From: Alphaproteobacteria bacterium
Lineage (GTDB): Bacteria; Pseudomonadota; Alphaproteobacteria; UBA9219
Direction: 5' to 3'
DNA: 64,000 bases
NCBI GenBank assembly: GCA_028690155.1
Contig: JAQVBU010000008.1
Span: 7,593 to 71,592 of the forward strand
Shown here: positions 1 to 10,249 of the stretch, one piece after another
Position numbering within the stretch: the first letter of the stretch is position 1
How the letters are laid out: every line of letters starts with the position of its first letter
Notes under the pieces: model-generated
Seen by the model: only the letters and a program-made list of their open reading frames with translations
The model's database searches: none
Told to the model about the DNA's origin: nothing
Program-made: the position numbers and the translations under genes

Positions 1-825
1 GGCCCTCGGTGGTCTTGCGGATGATGACGTTGTAGGTGTCCACCGCAATCAAGTTCTTCGGGTCGGTCAGGACGATGGAATCGTTCGGCATGGAGGGAAC
101 GCGGACGATGGGGATGCCCGCGGGCTGCTTGAGCACGCTGTCCGTCACGCCGCCGCCAGCGGTAACCATCAGGTTCAGCAAGTATTCCTCCCACTTCTGC
201 GCGCGCGCAGGGGACATGAGCCAGCGGAGGTTGCCGTTGTTGAACTTGTTGGGAATCATGCGCAGCGCGTCGTAGAACACGGCGATGGACATCGCGCCGG
301 AGCCGACGCTCGTGCGGTTGTCCGTGAAGGCGTTGTTCTTGAGCAGCTTATACCAGCCGTCGTTGACCTTGAGGAAGTCGTAGTCGTCGCTGCCGGGGGC
401 AACAGCCGCGTCGCCGTTCATGAGCAGATCCTCACGGTCGAGGCCGAGCTGGGTCGTCATGAGGTCCGTCACGATAGACTCGAAGTTCTGACCCTCGATG
501 TTCTGGCGCAGCGATTCCTCGTTGATCTCCCAGGGGAGGCGGACGGGCGTGGTGTTGTACTGAATCTTGCTCAGATTCGCCTTGGCGCGGTAGTTGTCGT
601 CGGTGCCCTCGGTCTTGGCGCGCAGGATGCGCTTGTCGATGCCGATCTTGTCGATCTCGCCGGAGGTCGCGGTGCGCTGCTCGTGGCGGATCAGGTTGCC
701 GAGGACGGTCTTTTCGAAGGTCTGGACGATGAACTTTTTCGCCTGCTCAGCGTTCAGAATGCCGCCCGCCGCAAGGTCTCCCGTGCTGATGGCGGCCTTG
801 TTGACGATTTGCTCATTGGTGGTCA
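1..825 (-). CDS. major capsid protein (partial; 3' end beyond window start)
   Basis: ATG at 825 preceded by GGAGGA; reading frame stays open to position 1. Sits after the protease-scaffold gene, as in the SPP1 head gene order. The LREDLLMNGD-type segment resembles HK97-fold capsid proteins. Confidence 0.55.
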
Positions 826-850
826 TATATTTCTTTCCTCCCTTTCTTGA

Positions 851-2239
851 TTAGAGAAGTCCGTGGAGATAGTGTTTCTCGTCCTGCTTCTCCACGTTCT
901 GGTCGTCTACGTTGGTAGGAACACCGCGTGCCTTGAGTGCTTTGGAAATCGCGTCCCCAATCATCTTAGAGACCGATTCCTGCGTCAGTTCGGGCTTAGC
1001 TTCCTCCGCGCCGGGCTTATCCTCGGGCTTGTCGTTCAGCGATTTCTCAATCGCCTCCGAGATCATCTTTTGCACCGCGTCCGCGGTAAGCGGTTCGGGC
1101 GCAGCGGGTACCGCGGCAGGTTCGGGCGCAGCGGGTGCCTCCGGCTTTGCCACCTTCGCGATGGATTCGTCGATCATCTTCTGGATGTCATCCTTGTTCA
1201 TATCGGTTTCGTCTCCCTTCTCATCGTCTCCGGTCGTTTCGTCGCTCTTTTCTTCCTGCTCGTCCTCGAATTCGGCAAGGAACTCGTTCAGACTTTGGCA
1301 GATGCCTTTGAGCTTCTGTTTGTTGGTTGTGGACATCTTCTTGCCGGCCTTTTCGACCGACTCCGGTTCGGACTCCATCTTCGCGCGCGCGTCGTGGAGC
1401 GCCTTTGCGATTCCGTCGCCTCTCTCGGTAAGCAGCTTCGTGATGATCTCCGAGAACTCGGCAAGCGCTTCGCGGATTTTTTCGTCATCCGACTCATAGC
1501 GGCGCTCGTCCGTCCAATAATCCCAGCCGCCCAACACGGTTTCGAGGGCGTTGAAGGCGTTCCAAAACGCCGAAGAAAGTGTCCACTTCTCGTAGAGCTC
1601 GGTGACCGCTCCCTTCTCTACGACGTTGAATCCCATTGCCTTCGCCAATCGTTTGAGCAGCCCTTCTTTGGTTTCAGGCTGCTTGCTTTCGGCGGCGGGC
1701 GCCGGATCGCCTTTGGATTTGTCGATCTCCACGTCCTCCTTCGCGTATTTCCCGACGCCGCCCATCGAGAAGCCGGAGATTTCGCCCTTTTCGATTGCGC
1801 TCCAGACATCGGGATCAGCGACTTCCACGGTCATCAACCACGTGCCCTTCTTGACTTCCTGTTCCTCGACAGTGCAATCAGACTTGGTTACGGAGCTTTC
1901 GACAACGTAGAGACCGTTCGCTTCCTCGAAGGAATGCTGAATGTCCACCTTGTCGCCGTTCTTGAGGAACCAGTGCGCGGCCTTCTCGATTTCAGCCTCG
2001 GTCATGAAGTTGTCGTGCGCGTCCGCCGTCATCGGCTCGTACACAACGCCCGTCACGTAGTGACTCTCCTTATCGACCTTGAGAATCCGTCCGACCGTGG
2101 TGAACTGCGCGGCACCGTCCTCTTGCTTGGTTATCAGGAATGTCTTTTGGTTCGCGGCCTTATCGACCAGGGAGATGAACTGGATGCGCGCGTCTTTGAT
2201 CTCGATGGACTTCTTAATCTCCATCATTTTCACCCCCAT
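851..2239 (-). CDS. prohead protease (XkdF-like) fused to an acidic scaffold-like C-terminal region
   Basis: N-terminal motif ISLVDKAANQKTF typical of XkdF-family prohead proteases. C-terminal half is acidic and coiled-coil-like, consistent with a scaffold role. Confidence 0.6.
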   Translation of the reverse strand: MGVKMMEIKKSIEIKDARIQFISLVDKAANQKTFLITKQEDGAAQFTTVGRILKVDKESHYVTGVVYEPMTADAHDNFMTEAEIEKAAHWFLKNGDKVDIQHSFEEANGLYVVESSVTKSDCTVEEQEVKKGTWLMTVEVADPDVWSAIEKGEISGFSMGGVGKYAKEDVEIDKSKGDPAPAAESKQPETKEGLLKRLAKAMGFNVVEKGAVTELYEKWTLSSAFWNAFNALETVLGGWDYWTDERRYESDDEKIREALAEFSEIITKLLTERGDGIAKALHDARAKMESEPESVEKAGKKMSTTNKQKLKGICQSLNEFLAEFEDEQEEKSDETTGDDEKGDETDMNKDDIQKMIDESIAKVAKPEAPAAPEPAAVPAAPEPLTADAVQKMISEAIEKSLNDKPEDKPGAEEAKPELTQESVSKMIGDAISKALKARGVPTNVDDQNVEKQDEKHYLHGLL

Positions 2240-2432
2240 TCATTTGAGAATACCCATACACGCGCCGGCCTCGACGCGCGAGATTGTGGATCACCTCCGC
2301 TGCAACGCAGTCCATAATGGTGTGATGCACGTTAACGCCTAGCTCCTTTCATGGTTGATGGTATAAAAAAGCACCGATCCTTTCCCCTCGGTTTCGAGAA
2401 GGAGGCGGCGCTCGTTTATTGTGAATAGTGGG

Positions 2433-2675
2433 TCAGTCAGGTTCGATGGCGTCCATTTGCTCGCGCATCGGGATGCCGTCCACGAGCAGCCGGTCGAGCA
2501 CCTCGTCCGCGTTTTGCACGAACTCGTCGTTCTGCGGGCCGCTGATGTAAAGAGGTTCATTGTTCGTGCCGGTGCCGATGTTCTCGGATATGAAGTAGAC
2601 CTCGTCCTTGAACGTGAACACCACCTCCGCGTGATCCTGCTCGACGTCTCTTTTGAAATCCTCGAGTTTATACAT
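2433..2675 (-). CDS. hypothetical small head-module protein
   Basis: 80-aa ORF packed between the MuF-like and protease genes on the same strand. Confidence 0.3.
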   Translation of the reverse strand: MYKLEDFKRDVEQDHAEVVFTFKDEVYFISENIGTGTNNEPLYISGPQNDEFVQNADEVLDRLLVDGIPMREQMDAIEPD

Positions 2676-2684
2676 AGCATCCTC

Positions 2685-4001
2685 CTATTCGATGATGATG
2701 TCCTTCACGAGCCTGCGCATCTTCGAGGTAAGCGCCATGTTGCGACCGTACTTGGTGAAGTCTCCGTTCTTGTCGTATAGCGCGCGCGTGTAATGCGCGC
2801 CATGATCGCCGAAAGGATGAATCTTGGGCTTCCCGTGGTCGCTGTTGTCAATCCTGCAGACGATCTTACCCGCTCCGTCGTAGATGTATCGGCTGACTCC
2901 CCCTTTCTTATCGACAACGTCTATGACGGCGTTCGGTTCCTGAATTATCGAAGGCGTTATGCTGTGGCTCACGGTTTTCGTCGCACTTAGTCCTCCGTAA
3001 TTCGCGTTCGGGAGCAGACTGTTTATCGCGGTCTTGGGGTCCTCGATGCCGGCCTTGGCCTTGTTCTGCTCGTCAAGTTCGGCAAGCCACTTCTGATCGT
3101 CCGTCTCCACGATCTGCCGTTGGAGTTCCTTGCGCTCCTCGAGGGAAAGGCCGAGCACGTTCGAGTTGACAATACCTCTGTGGATGCAATGGCAGTTGAT
3201 GCGTTCACTGGCGGGAAGCTCCGTGTCTCTCGGGTACTCCGGATAGTACATGGCGCCGTCGTTGCCGCGAAGCTCGAACTTATCCGTTTTCAGCACCACC
3301 TGCCCGTCGATGGCCACGTGATTCGGGCGCGCTTTGTTTCTTCGCGTTCCCGAATGCCGCCATTCCTTGCTTTCGACGGCTGGACTTTGCATCAGGCCTT
3401 CGTTCCGTGATACCGAATGCGCCGTTAGCATTTCCGTTACTGCGGTCGCGCGCGCCCTCTGGTAGTTGGTGCGTATCCCGCGATCCATGATTTGCCGCGT
3501 TGCCTCGGCTACACTCTTGCCCGCATTCAGGCACGTTGTGAGGACGTTCTCGATGTCCGTGTGCGACGTGAGTTTCATAAGGCTGCCGAGGCTTTCGCTC
3601 CATGAGCCTATCCACGATGTCGTCCTCATGCTGATTATGTCCGACACGAGGTACATATCCGTGTCCTGCAGATACGCATTGACAAGCTTCGGTATCAGGC
3701 GGTTGAAGCCGTCCTCAAATATCTCTTGGATGTCGTCAGCCAGCGCGGAGCTGTCTTGGATGACGCCCCATGTATTTTCGAGGAACTCACCGACATCGTC
3801 CGATTTGTCCAACTGATCCGCGACACGCTCGGTTTCGCGGTTGAGCGCTTCTGCAAGGTCGTCTTCCATGTCGGTCGCTTCATCGACGCTTTCACCTGAT
3901 TCGAGATATCCTTCGTTCTCCAAATCCTCCTTCAAGTCATCATCCTGTTTGGCTATATAGGCGTCGATGGCTTTTGCAAGTTTCGCGCACGTGTCACACA
4001 T
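2685..4001 (-). CDS. head morphogenesis protein (Mu F / SPP1 gp7 family) with a ~170 aa C-terminal extension
   Basis: MuF signature WRHSGTRRNKARPNHVAIDGQVV matches W..D.R.R..H...G. Lies directly downstream of the portal gene. Extra C-terminal domain (HPFGDHGAHY...). Confidence 0.7.
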   Translation of the reverse strand: MCDTCAKLAKAIDAYIAKQDDDLKEDLENEGYLESGESVDEATDMEDDLAEALNRETERVADQLDKSDDVGEFLENTWGVIQDSSALADDIQEIFEDGFNRLIPKLVNAYLQDTDMYLVSDIISMRTTSWIGSWSESLGSLMKLTSHTDIENVLTTCLNAGKSVAEATRQIMDRGIRTNYQRARATAVTEMLTAHSVSRNEGLMQSPAVESKEWRHSGTRRNKARPNHVAIDGQVVLKTDKFELRGNDGAMYYPEYPRDTELPASERINCHCIHRGIVNSNVLGLSLEERKELQRQIVETDDQKWLAELDEQNKAKAGIEDPKTAINSLLPNANYGGLSATKTVSHSITPSIIQEPNAVIDVVDKKGGVSRYIYDGAGKIVCRIDNSDHGKPKIHPFGDHGAHYTRALYDKNGDFTKYGRNMALTSKMRRLVKDIIIE

Positions 4002-4005
4002 TGCA

Positions 4006-5613
4006 TCAACCTCCTTTCGCCTTTTCAGCCAGCAGAGCGCGCACTTGCTTCATGACGGCGACCAACTCGTCCGAATCCGAGCGTTGAGCTTTTGTGATCT
4101 TTTCATCGACCTGAGAGAGCAGGTTCAGCGTTTCGGCAGCACTCGCCTCCTTGTCTGCCAGCATCTTGGCGTATACCAGGGGCGTGTTGCCCCAGTCGCC
4201 CTCGTAATCCTCGGAGGTTCTGCCGTACATCGTTCCAGCAAGCTCGTGCGCCTCGTTGGGCGTCATGCCTCCCGCACGCTCGATCACATTGAGAAGCTTC
4301 GCCTGATCGTCCGGGTTCGTGATGTCCGGCCCACGGAATTTGATCTCTACGAATTTGAACTGATAATCACCCAGCAGTTTCCGGTTGATGACCCAAGCCA
4401 TCTCGCGGCGCATGGGGATGAACACCTGCTTCTCCGTGATCTCCATCGCCGTCTGCGCGGTCGCTCGGTTGAAGTCGGTCGTGTATCCGACGTAAAGATC
4501 AGGCAAGAGGAAGGAGGACTGTACTTTCTTGCGCACATTGTCCAGATACCCTTGGAAGAGCTCGTCCTTTTGCAACATAGGAGACAGGTCCTTTATGGTG
4601 ACGGTCGGAGGCTTGACATCATCAAATTGGGTTTTTGCGTCTGTCAGTTCCGTCTCAAGCACCATGAATGCGTGCTGCCCGCGCTCACCTTTGATCTCGT
4701 TCATGTAGGTTTTCAGGTTGTCGAAACTCTTTTCCGACAAGGTTCCGCCCTGAATCATAATCATCATCGGCGTATGACGCCCGTTCTCGAAGTAGTTGTT
4801 GTTGAGGCGCTCCGCTTTGGCCGCGCCGTCGATCCCGAGCATCTGCCCGATCCAGCGAACCATACCATACGGTTGATCGCCAATCGGGAAGTCGATGATC
4901 TCATTGGCTTGGAAGTCGAGTTCAAGCACCTCCACGTACCGGCCGGTGCGCTTGTCCATGATGCGCGGGTCGCCGAACTCCTTGAAGTATACGGTTCTTC
5001 CGCCGACCGTCTGCTTGAACTTCCTGAACTTTTTTCTGCGGATCTGCATCTCGCCCTTGTAGTAGTACGGAACTTCGAGATACGGGTCCAGTTCGATTGT
5101 CTGCCGGACGGTTCCGGGGCGCCTGATGTTTTCGATCTGCGCGACTTCTCCGGCAAGGTTGCGGATGACCTCAACAAAGGCGATTCCGTACTTTTCGCGC
5201 GTTTCCACGATCTTGCCAAACATATCCTTGGTTTCGCAGTCGTAAGAAAGGAGATCGAGAATGCGCTGTACGCGGTTGTACTCCTCGATCATCTCCGGGC
5301 TTTCCTCTTGGTCTGAATCATCCGTGTAGTCGATACCGATCCCAAAACCCACGATATTGCCCTTGTAGGCATTGATGCACTGGGGCAGGATCGTCGAGTG
5401 CGAATATAGGACATCAAGCCCATCGAACGAGAAGGGAGGCTCTATCCAGTCTCCGGCAGTGGACTTTTCCTCCGGCTGTATGCTCGTTACATGGTCAGCC
5501 TTGGCGATCCCGCCGAGGGGCGGCTCGTTTGATTTGATGACACGAACATTCACGACCGCACCGCGCTTATCCGTTTCCTCGCTCATCTGCGCTCTCACCT
5601 CCATTTCTTCCAC
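4006..5613 (-). CDS. portal protein (SPP1 gp6-like)
   Basis: 535 aa, between TerL and the MuF-like gene. Size and position are typical of siphovirus portal proteins. Confidence 0.65.
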   Translation of the reverse strand: MEEMEVRAQMSEETDKRGAVVNVRVIKSNEPPLGGIAKADHVTSIQPEEKSTAGDWIEPPFSFDGLDVLYSHSTILPQCINAYKGNIVGFGIGIDYTDDSDQEESPEMIEEYNRVQRILDLLSYDCETKDMFGKIVETREKYGIAFVEVIRNLAGEVAQIENIRRPGTVRQTIELDPYLEVPYYYKGEMQIRRKKFRKFKQTVGGRTVYFKEFGDPRIMDKRTGRYVEVLELDFQANEIIDFPIGDQPYGMVRWIGQMLGIDGAAKAERLNNNYFENGRHTPMMIMIQGGTLSEKSFDNLKTYMNEIKGERGQHAFMVLETELTDAKTQFDDVKPPTVTIKDLSPMLQKDELFQGYLDNVRKKVQSSFLLPDLYVGYTTDFNRATAQTAMEITEKQVFIPMRREMAWVINRKLLGDYQFKFVEIKFRGPDITNPDDQAKLLNVIERAGGMTPNEAHELAGTMYGRTSEDYEGDWGNTPLVYAKMLADKEASAAETLNLLSQVDEKITKAQRSDSDELVAVMKQVRALLAEKAKGG

Positions 5614-7012
5614 GCGCCATCGCCGGCACGCAGAGCAGCATAACGCAGTCGGCCTCGTCAGGAGACACGCCGATGCGCTTTTTTACCTCGTCTTTGCTCT
5701 CGACGCGCAGCTTTGAGTTTTCCGTCATCTCGTACTTCCTCGTGGACAACTGCGCAATCAAGTCGGCATCGTTCGGCAGGATCAAGTCAACCGCCTTGGG
5801 ATTCCCTTCCTCATCCACGGTTGACAGCATGCTCTTGATTACGCCGAGCATGAACGTCGTGGAATCGTAGTAGTATGCGTGCTTGATGCGTCGCCCGAAC
5901 TGCACGGGCAGAACCTCCATCCACGCAAATCGCTTTTGATTCGCCTTTTTAATCTGCCTTAGGCGGTCCGTCACGCCGCCGCCGACACCGCCATCGTCAA
6001 TGCGGACCATGATGGTGCCCGTATACTTGTACTGGCGTATAAGATCAACGCCGAGCTCTATAATCTTGTCCGCAGTTTTCATCAGGTCTTGCCCGTTGAT
6101 CTTTAGGTGGATCGTAACATTTTCGTTGATCTTATAGGCGATGACTGTCTTATCATCGCCGAAGCGCGCCACATCGCACCCGATGTCGATCCTTATCGGG
6201 CGCTTGAGCGCGAACTGAGTTTGAACGCTTGCCTCAAGCAGCGAAAGTGGGATAAACACATCGTCCTCTTGAAGCGGAAACTCTCCATCTACGCGAACGC
6301 GAATGAAGTTCGAGTGCTTCCCGTATTTCCGCTCCATTGCCGCGATATTCTCCTTGTTAGTGCGCGGACAATCCCGAGACGAAATGTGATGTGACTGATA
6401 CACGCTCTTGTCCCGCGTGTGAGAATCATAAAAGGTCCCTCTGGTTTGCGTCGGGTTGCCGCACATGAGCAATTTGTTGTTTGGCCCTGACAGCGTGCCG
6501 AGCACCGCCTCCATGATCGGCTCCGAAACGCCGGACGCCTCGTCAATGACGAACAGCATATTGTCCTCGTGGAATCCCTGCATGTTCTCCGGCTTTGTCG
6601 CCGTTCGCGCGACCGCAAACCAACGCTTTTCATATCCCGACATATAGACGTATGTTTTCGTCCATTTCAGGATCGCCGAGAGCAGAGGGGACTTGGCGCG
6701 CCACTTCTCGATTTCCGACCAGAGAACGTCGTGCAGTTGCTGGCGTGTCGGCGCCGTACACACGACGCGAGCGTATGGGTAACATGTAAGGAACCACAAT
6801 ATGATAATGGACATGAGCGCCGTCTTGCCAACGCCCTGCCCGCTTCGCACCGTGATCCGATTGTAGTCAGCGACATCCATCATGACGCGCGCCTGGTTCT
6901 CATCGGCGTCAAAGTGTAAAAGTTCGCGCCCGAATGCCACGGGGTCATTTTTATACTTTTTCTGTACGCGCCTGAACGCCTTTACTCTGTCATTCATCAG
7001 GATCGTCTCCAT
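5567..7012 (-). CDS. terL: terminase large subunit
   Basis: Walker A SGQGVGKT and Walker B-like VIDEASGV. C-terminal nuclease-like region. Overlaps the TerS stop. Confidence 0.8.
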   Translation of the reverse strand: METILMNDRVKAFRRVQKKYKNDPVAFGRELLHFDADENQARVMMDVADYNRITVRSGQGVGKTALMSIIILWFLTCYPYARVVCTAPTRQQLHDVLWSEIEKWRAKSPLLSAILKWTKTYVYMSGYEKRWFAVARTATKPENMQGFHEDNMLFVIDEASGVSEPIMEAVLGTLSGPNNKLLMCGNPTQTRGTFYDSHTRDKSVYQSHHISSRDCPRTNKENIAAMERKYGKHSNFIRVRVDGEFPLQEDDVFIPLSLLEASVQTQFALKRPIRIDIGCDVARFGDDKTVIAYKINENVTIHLKINGQDLMKTADKIIELGVDLIRQYKYTGTIMVRIDDGGVGGGVTDRLRQIKKANQKRFAWMEVLPVQFGRRIKHAYYYDSTTFMLGVIKSMLSTVDEEGNPKAVDLILPNDADLIAQLSTRKYEMTENSKLRVESKDEVKKRIGVSPDEADCVMLLCVPAMARGRNGGESADERGNG

Positions 7013-7811
7013 TCTCGGATGACAGGAGGGCTTCTACCCATTCGTTTGCAAGCTTGCTCTGCTCGTTTTCGCCCAGCGCTCTGATGCGCTCGATTTCGAG
7101 GCGCTCGCGGTCGATCTTCATCTTGTCGAGCTGCGCAAGCACTTTGAGTTTCTTTGCTTGCGTCTTATCAAGTTCGCTTTCAAGGCGATTGAGCGCTTCC
7201 TCGACGGACGTAGTATTCGTGACGGTCGTATCCGAACGCTCGCCGTCAAAGAATCCCGTCCCTTTGTCTTTGACGAGGTTCCCGTTCTCGTCCTCCTTAA
7301 ATACGCCGTAGAGCTTTTCGGTTTTTGTCTTTGAAACGGAATTTATCATAAGGTTGCGCGTGTTCAATTGCCGCACGGATTGAATGCGCTTCATCAGCCG
7401 CAACTCCTTCGCCTTGAGGAAAGCCAGCGTGTTTTTTAGCTCGTCCTCAATGCTATCAAGCTCCGTGTCGTTCGCCACCTCGATTTCATCTTCAAACATG
7501 TGCTCGAAGGCGAACCGCTCGAACGCGCCGTGCTTCAACCGGTTTTTGTTGCCCAATGGCGCGCCGTGTCCGACAGCATTTCTATTGCCTTTTTGCCCGC
7601 CACGGCGTTTCGTTGCGCCACTTTTCGATGCTACGTCATTTGATTGCGCAACTTTATCCCACGAATCCTTTTGCTTCCAATTCCTGATTTGGGATTCCGA
7701 CACTTCGAGCCGCTTTGCGATCTCCTTGAGAAGCATCTTCTTATCGGAAGCAATCCACATGTCATATGCTTCTTTCCGCTTTGGACTCTGCGGCCTCGGC
7801 ATCACCACCAC
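6990..7811 (-). CDS. terS: terminase small subunit (HTH-containing)
   Basis: N-terminal HTH (LKEIAKRLEVSESQIRNWK) typical of TerS. Immediately upstream of TerL with an overlapping stop/start. Confidence 0.55.
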   Translation of the reverse strand: MVVMPRPQSPKRKEAYDMWIASDKKMLLKEIAKRLEVSESQIRNWKQKDSWDKVAQSNDVASKSGATKRRGGQKGNRNAVGHGAPLGNKNRLKHGAFERFAFEHMFEDEIEVANDTELDSIEDELKNTLAFLKAKELRLMKRIQSVRQLNTRNLMINSVSKTKTEKLYGVFKEDENGNLVKDKGTGFFDGERSDTTVTNTTSVEEALNRLESELDKTQAKKLKVLAQLDKMKIDRERLEIERIRALGENEQSKLANEWVEALLSSENGDDPDE

Positions 7812-7855
7812 CTCAGTTTATTCGTCAGTTCGTTTGAATCGTAGGGGCATTTTCC

Positions 7856-8377
7856 TCAGATGTTGACCGCTACTTCGGCTTTGCTATATCCGGTCACGCC
7901 TTTCGTCATCATTGCAAGGAAATCGTCCCGTGTGAAGTCAGACAACCTGAATATTTCCTCCGGCTTCATGCCGAGCTGTTTGCCAATCTCCTGTACTGTT
8001 TTCCCTTCCCCCAGCAGTTTCTTAACAATCGCCTTCATCGGTTCGAGCAAGTGCTGCCCACGCGCTCGGTTGTGGGTGATTGTGCCGTAGATGTCGTCGG
8101 CCTCGTTGTCGTGCTCCACTACAACTACGGGAACAATACCTCCAAGCCGGCTTAGAAGCGGTTCGCGCCCAGAAACCGTCCAGCGATGAAAGCCGTCAAT
8201 GATCGTCATGTCCGGCCTGACCACAAGCGGCATCGTCCACCCGTTGGTGAGAATCGACCGCGTGAGCAGTTCAAGGTTCTGCTGGCTGACCTTGTTTGGG
8301 TTGTAGTCATTCGGTTTCAGCACATCGCGGGGAACGAATTGCACGTTCCTCAACGGATACAAAAGATCGCTGTTCAT
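7856..8377 (-). CDS. ParB-like nuclease domain protein (IbrB-like)
   Basis: ParB/Srx motif IIDGFHRW and N-terminal NDYNPNK. Paired with the downstream PAPS-reductase-like gene. Confidence 0.6.
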   Translation of the reverse strand: MNSDLLYPLRNVQFVPRDVLKPNDYNPNKVSQQNLELLTRSILTNGWTMPLVVRPDMTIIDGFHRWTVSGREPLLSRLGGIVPVVVVEHDNEADDIYGTITHNRARGQHLLEPMKAIVKKLLGEGKTVQEIGKQLGMKPEEIFRLSDFTRDDFLAMMTKGVTGYSKAEVAVNI

Positions 8378-9564
8378 TGTGCTCCTTTCTGCCTGCGGGC
8401 GGCTTCCTCTGCTTCGCTTACCGCGACGAAATCATTGCGTATCGTGGCGCATACGCCGCGAAGCGAGCGCTGTTTCGTGTCACCGCTTTTCAGCGCCTCG
8501 TACATCCGTTTATAGTGCTTCGGCGTCATCATGCTCTGCAGCGAGATGTAGGAGTGCCGGTACGCTTTTGCGACCTTCTTCGCGTGAGGATTCGTGAAAA
8601 GCGTGTCGATGTTGGCGAACGTCTCGTCGAGCAGCGCCTTGTAGTCCTTCGGCGCTTCCTCGCCCTCGAGTTCCTTCCGCCGCGACGTGCGTCTATGGAA
8701 CATTTCGCTGTCCCAATACAAGAGCGCGAGGTAAGCGTTTTCTTCGCGCCGGCATATCCTGTCCATCAGCTCCGGGTAGAACTGGCTGATCGCGTTCAGG
8801 CAGCATACGGTGTCTATGGCGAAAAAGTTGCATACGCGCAGCCTGTTCTTGGACACGCCAACTTGCCACATGTACATATAGGCGACCGGCAGATCAAGGT
8901 TGCGATCCTTGATGAACATCCACACGTCAACATCCTTCCAGTCGTAAAGCGGACTGATCCGATTGTTCTTCGCGATGGAGACGTTGCCTTGATTCCCGAT
9001 CATGGCACCCATTGAGGTTGACATGTACTTCGCGCGCTGGAATGATTCCGCCATGCGCACGCCGTCTACGCTCGCGCCGTCGCCCATGTACTTTGCGAGG
9101 AAACTCTGGTAGTTCTCATTGCGCGGGTTGAGCATTGGGTGCGTCCGAACGGCAAACGGTGGAGGCGTCCTCATCCAGTTCGCTTCCTCGTACCTGTCCC
9201 AGCATACCCAGCTCTCGTCATCCACGAGCGCATGGAGGCAGTTGAAGTGCTTGACCTCGAGGCAGAACCACGTGAACTTTGCGCCGGCAAGCAGGAATAT
9301 GCTTCGCCACTTTGCGACGCTCTCGATCACGTCCTCGTACATCCCTTCCTCGTCAATGAACACCACTTCCATTTGCGCGGGATCTACTTTCCCTTCCTGT
9401 ACAAGCTCCATGACACACTGCGCGAGGCAAATGCTGTCTTTACCGCCCGAGAAGCAGATGTACACCTTCCGACCGTTGTCGAAGATGTTCTTGATGCGCA
9501 TCTTTGCGGCCGTCACGACATCAATATCAGCGGTCCTCTTGACGACCCTGCTCATCAAGCCCAC
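8374..9564 (-). CDS. PAPS reductase-like PP-loop protein with C-terminal extension (IbrA-like)
   Basis: PP-loop motif SGGKDS. About 400 aa, matching the PAPS_reduct plus DUF3440-like architecture. 4-nt overlap with the upstream ParB-like gene. Confidence 0.65.
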   Translation of the reverse strand: MGLMSRVVKRTADIDVVTAAKMRIKNIFDNGRKVYICFSGGKDSICLAQCVMELVQEGKVDPAQMEVVFIDEEGMYEDVIESVAKWRSIFLLAGAKFTWFCLEVKHFNCLHALVDDESWVCWDRYEEANWMRTPPPFAVRTHPMLNPRNENYQSFLAKYMGDGASVDGVRMAESFQRAKYMSTSMGAMIGNQGNVSIAKNNRISPLYDWKDVDVWMFIKDRNLDLPVAYMYMWQVGVSKNRLRVCNFFAIDTVCCLNAISQFYPELMDRICRREENAYLALLYWDSEMFHRRTSRRKELEGEEAPKDYKALLDETFANIDTLFTNPHAKKVAKAYRHSYISLQSMMTPKHYKRMYEALKSGDTKQRSLRGVCATIRNDFVAVSEAEEAARRQKGAQ

Positions 9565-9571
9565 CTCCTTT

Positions 9572-10249
9572 TCATATCAGGATTTTCTCCCCGCACTTCG
9601 GGCAGATCACGAACCGTCCGACCGGCGCGGTTTGCTCCTGCCCCGACGCTTCCCCGTGAACGACTTGAGCGTACTCCGCTCTTGCATGATCCGCATAGGA
9701 AGGCTGTACCGTTTCGCCGGGCGTGGGAGAATCTGCGTCCCTTTGAAGAAGCGCTTCCTTGCGCTCTGCGGCTCTGTCCAGACGGGATTTATCCTCGTCG
9801 GACATCACGCCGAACGTTTCGATCATCTTGGAAACCTGCTCCGCTTCTGCGGCAATGGTAGCAAGGATGGAATCATCAAAGCCCGGAATATCCAGCTCGC
9901 CGTCCAGCGAGAGCTCCTTGATGAACTCCTCGATCACGCTGTGGTTGTCCACACCGAGGGAGTAGATGCGGTTATCCATCGTCATGATCTTTTTCTTGTC
10001 GTTCTCGGTGGCGCCGGTTACCCGCAGCACCCATGCCTCCGTGTACTCGCTCTCCAGCATCGCGTCGAGCAAACCATTGCCCGCCAGCACGACGTTGTTC
10101 TCGTCGATGACGAGCGCCTTGATTTGGCCTGCAAACTTGAGTGAACGCACAAGCTCCGAAATCTGCTTCTGCCCGTGGATGCGCACGTTGCGCTCCGGGT
10201 GTTTAAGCAGTGTGATGTCAATCGTTTCCTCGGTTCGTTTGAGTGCCAT
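9572..10249 (-). CDS. ParB N-terminal domain-like protein with C-terminal zinc ribbon
   Basis: ParB-like N-terminal region (KALVIDENNVVLAGNGLLDA). C-terminal CPKCGEKI. Paired with a second PAPS-reductase-like gene. Confidence 0.45.
   Translation of the reverse strand: MALKRTEETIDITLLKHPERNVRIHGQKQISELVRSLKFAGQIKALVIDENNVVLAGNGLLDAMLESEYTEAWVLRVTGATENDKKKIMTMDNRIYSLGVDNHSVIEEFIKELSLDGELDIPGFDDSILATIAAEAEQVSKMIETFGVMSDEDKSRLDRAAERKEALLQRDADSPTPGETVQPSYADHARAEYAQVVHGEASGQEQTAPVGRFVICPKCGEKILI

Noticed and set aside
863-2317. Long plus-strand ORFs (863-2317, 3967-5316, 8296-9015, 25899-26837, 37348-38421 and others) antisense to the annotated minus-strand genes
   Set aside because: They overlap well-supported genes with recognisable domains on the opposite strand and have low-complexity Arg/Leu-rich translations typical of antisense frames in GC-rich DNA.
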